In this document: in pieces, positions 61,498 to 64,000 of the stretch | Numbering within the stretch: position 1 is the stretch's first letter | Layout of the letters: each line of letters begins with the position of its first letter | Virus record (IMG/VR): IMGVR_UViG_3300031669_000001 | Span: 281,070 to 345,069 of that record | Direction: 5' to 3' (one strand) | Length of the DNA stretch: 64,000 bases | Notes under the pieces: model-generated | What the model was told of the DNA's origin: nothing | Seen by the model: the letters and a program-made list of their open reading frames with translations, nothing else | Databases searched by the model: none | Program-made: the position numbers and the translations under genes

Positions 61498-61935
61498 CTA
61501 TTTCTTTAAGAGTTTAAATTCGCCAGCTAGTGTCAATGAAGCTACGCTTCTAAACATGCTGCTTATGAGCACAACCTTATCCTTGAGCTTGTTAGATTCA
61601 ACAGGCTTGTGAGGTGGATCAAGTGAGAGCGTAACGTGGTAGAAGCTGCCGTCCGCGCGATCGGTTTCATTCTCGACGTTGGGGCCGCTGATAGCAACAG
61701 CTAGAGCTTCAATGCCGTCTCCCTTAGCGTAACCGTAAGCAGTAACAACGGGTGTTGGTGTCAACATCCGCTTGTACTTTTCAAAGTTGTCCTTTGTCAA
61801 GTTAAACTCGATCGTCACGTGATGACAGATCACCTTTGAAAAACGCGGAGTAAACAGGGCCAATGCATTTGCTCTGCTCTTTTCAGAGAGTTCAAATGCA
61901 AGGTAATAACCAGGTACCCAATTTATGTTTTTCAT
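61498..61935 (-). CDS. 2H phosphoesterase
   Basis: Two HxT motifs: HHVTI and YHVTL. Confidence 0.75.
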   Translation of the reverse strand: MKNINWVPGYYLAFELSEKSRANALALFTPRFSKVICHHVTIEFNLTKDNFEKYKRMLTPTPVVTAYGYAKGDGIEALAVAISGPNVENETDRADGSFYHVTLSLDPPHKPVESNKLKDKVVLISSMFRSVASLTLAGEFKLLKK

Positions 61936-61940
61936 ATAAA

Positions 61941-62002
61941 TATTATATCACAATAATTTAGAAAGTACATATATTATATCACAATAATTTAGAAAGTACA
62001 TA
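61941..62002. repeat. Exact 31-bp tandem duplication of an early promoter
   Basis: (tattatatcacaataatttagaaagtacata)x2. Confidence 0.9.
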
Positions 62003-62007
62003 TTTTA

Positions 62008-62688
62008 ATGCAATTCTCAACATATCTTTATATCAAACGACATTCAATAACTGGTAAGTGCTATTTTGGAAAAACAACTCAAAAAGATCCAGTAAAATAT
62101 CTCGGATCTGGATTACATTGGAAACGACATATTTCATTACACGGTAAAGAACATATCCAAACTCTTTGGTATAAACTATATACAGATCAAGCTGAATGCA
62201 CTAGAGTAGCTTTGCTATTTTCTGAACAACAAGACATAGTAAAATCTAATTTGTGGTTAAATCTTAAACCGGAAAATGGAATAGACGGTGCTACCAAGGG
62301 AACAAAACTTTCTACAGAACATAAAGCAAAACTTTCATTAGCAAATAAGGGTTTTATAGCTTCAAAAGAAACAAGAATTAAATTATCTAATGCAGCAAAA
62401 GGTAAAAAACTTTCTGCGGAACATAGAGCAAAAATTTCTGCATCGCATAAAGGACAAAGTCATTCTAAAGAAGCAAAAGCAAAAATTTCAGCTTCTTCCA
62501 AAGGAAAAATTCTATCAGAAGAAACTAAAACAAAACTTTCAATTTCACTCAAAGGTAAACAGCGATCTGCAGAAACCAAAGCCAAAATGTCAGCCTCTTT
62601 TAAGGGACGAATTCTATCAGAAGAAACTAAAGCAAAAATTTCTGCTGGACGTAGAAAAATTATTCAATCTCCGGAGCTTCACCGGTAA
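62008..62688 (+). mobile_element. Free-standing GIY-YIG (Seg-like) homing endonuclease with NUMOD3 repeats
   Basis: YLYIK..TGKCYFGKT..YLGSG; repeated SEETKAKIS...KG; AT-rich; inverted relative to its neighbours. Confidence 0.85.
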
Positions 62689-62863
62689 CCTGTGGGTTAC
62701 AGGCTATAGCCAAATCACGGCGGCCGGCCAGGAGGAAGTCGGCAACTTCTTCAGGCAGACGTTCACGCTTGACCTTCTTGAGAGCGCGGAATACTGCACG
62801 AGCAGAGTCTTCCACGGTGCCAGATTTTTCCATCAGGCTGCCGAGCAGTTCATTGCGAGAAGC
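62682..62863. repeat. Direct repeat copy 1 (orphan 3' gene fragment)
   Basis: 181 of 182 bases identical to 63819-64000. Confidence 0.92.
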
Positions 62864-62869
62864 TACGGT

Positions 62870-63331
62870 TTAGCTCCAAGTGCAGTGTTTCTCAGCTATA
62901 TGTTCGTTTCCGTCATACTCTGAAATTTCATAATCAACACCATCAGGGATTTCAACAATTTTCAGTTCAGCACAACCACCACTTGCGCGCTCTGAGCCTA
63001 ATTCTTCAACAACCTGAATAAGTAATTTATCTGCCCTATCATCAGGTCGGTTAGATATACTGTGCTTGTCATACGATTCGCCGCTTGCTTTCTTTTGAGC
63101 ATCAGTCATTTCATTCCAATTAACTTGTGAATTTAACACTTCGTTAGGATTTGGAATATCAAAAGCAGTCCAAAAAACATCCCTACCTGTCTGTTCTTCA
63201 GCGGGAATGTATCTATTCTGGAAGTCAGAAGTGAAGAAGTAGCACTCTCGCCCCTGCAACTCCGCAAGCCTTTTCGTTGCTTTACGTGACAAACTAAATC
63301 CTCCGAAACACTTATTGATAACTACTTTCAT
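62870..63331 (-). CDS. Conserved phage hypothetical protein
   Basis: KVVINKCFGGFSLS ... LIQVVEELG ... EYDGNEHIAEKH.TW. Confidence 0.8.
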   Translation of the reverse strand: MKVVINKCFGGFSLSRKATKRLAELQGRECYFFTSDFQNRYIPAEEQTGRDVFWTAFDIPNPNEVLNSQVNWNEMTDAQKKASGESYDKHSISNRPDDRADKLLIQVVEELGSERASGGCAELKIVEIPDGVDYEISEYDGNEHIAEKHCTWS

Positions 63332-63793
63332 CGCAATCTCCAATCCGTTAAATATTCCCGCACGCAAAAAGTGCGCTGCTCAAATCATCCCTTGATGTGC
63401 TTCACTCTCAGTCGGCTCAATCGGCATAATGCAAAACCCACCAGGTATAGCAGAGGCTTTTCCTGATTCATACCCAAAGATCACGGCCTTCCGCATCTCA
63501 AATGACATGGCGAGTGTCACCAAGAGTCATAGTGTGAGGAGGCGGCTTATGCAAATCACACCATGCTTGCCAAACAGCCAATAGTTCTTCTGCCGGATAA
63601 CACAACGTCTCGAATTATGACACAACTATTTGCTAATCTGGTAATTGTTCAGACCAGCAATTAGACCACTTACGATTCGATTCTTCAAACAAGGCTTTAG
63701 CTCTCAACTCTTCCAGCGTTTCGCCGGTAATTACTATCGAATCTTCTACGCCATCTTGATCTTCACCATGAATGCGAAATTCGTACATAGCAA

Positions 63794-64000
63794 TTACTCT
63801 GGTGCGTCAGCAGGATCGCCGGTAACCTGTGGGTTGCAGGCTATAGCCAAATCACGGCGGCCGGCCAGGAGGAAGTCGGCAACTTCTTCAGGCAGACGTT
63901 CACGCTTGACCTTCTTGAGAGCGCGGAATACTGCACGAGCAGAGTCTTCCACGGTGCCAGATTTTTCCATCAGGCTGCCGAGCAGTTCATTGCGAGAAGC
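63794..64000 (-). CDS. 3' end of a gene entering from the right edge; contains repeat copy 2
   Basis: ASRNELLGSLMEKSG...NPQVTGDPADAPE-stop. Confidence 0.65.
   Translation of the reverse strand, partial: ASRNELLGSLMEKSGTVEDSARAVFRALKKVKRERLPEEVADFLLAGRRDLAIACNPQVTGDPADAPE

Noticed and set aside
62682-64000. Direct repeat as a template/variable repeat pair of a diversity-generating retroelement
   Set aside because: Only one mismatch, and no reverse transcriptase in the window.

Overview
This is a 64-kb segment of a large lytic dsDNA phage, a jumbo or T4-like myovirus. Evidence: rIIA/rIIB, spanins, T4-type late promoters, densely packed mostly minus-strand small ORFs, and the standard genetic code. 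A betaproteobacterial host is suggested by the bS21 C-terminus. Protein content: a CoaE-CoaD fusion; NAD salvage genes (NAMPT, NMNAT-Nudix); a dCMP-hydroxymethylase-like enzyme with a dNMP kinase; two GT2-TPR glycosyltransferases next to a collagen-like fibre and tail-fibre genes; translation factors (Pth2, YqeY, bS21); Ro60/TROVE; a DinG helicase; an AAA ATPase; and several homing endonucleases. RNA content: a circularly permuted tmRNA and a ~7-kb tRNA array restricted to Ser, Leu, Tyr and Trp, mixed with many non-canonical tRNA-like RNAs. The best candidate for an undescribed system is a ribosome-dependent transcription attenuator heading this array. Its 30-codon leader (MKTTSSLYLSLLSSSYLWTKSLSDCEKPGI) uses all six Ser and all six Leu codons plus Tyr and Trp, and overlaps mutually exclusive 1:2, 2:3 and 3:4 hairpins. 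This suggests the phage switches on replacement tRNAs when the matching host tRNAs are depleted. All calls were made by eye from the sequence; no database searches were run.
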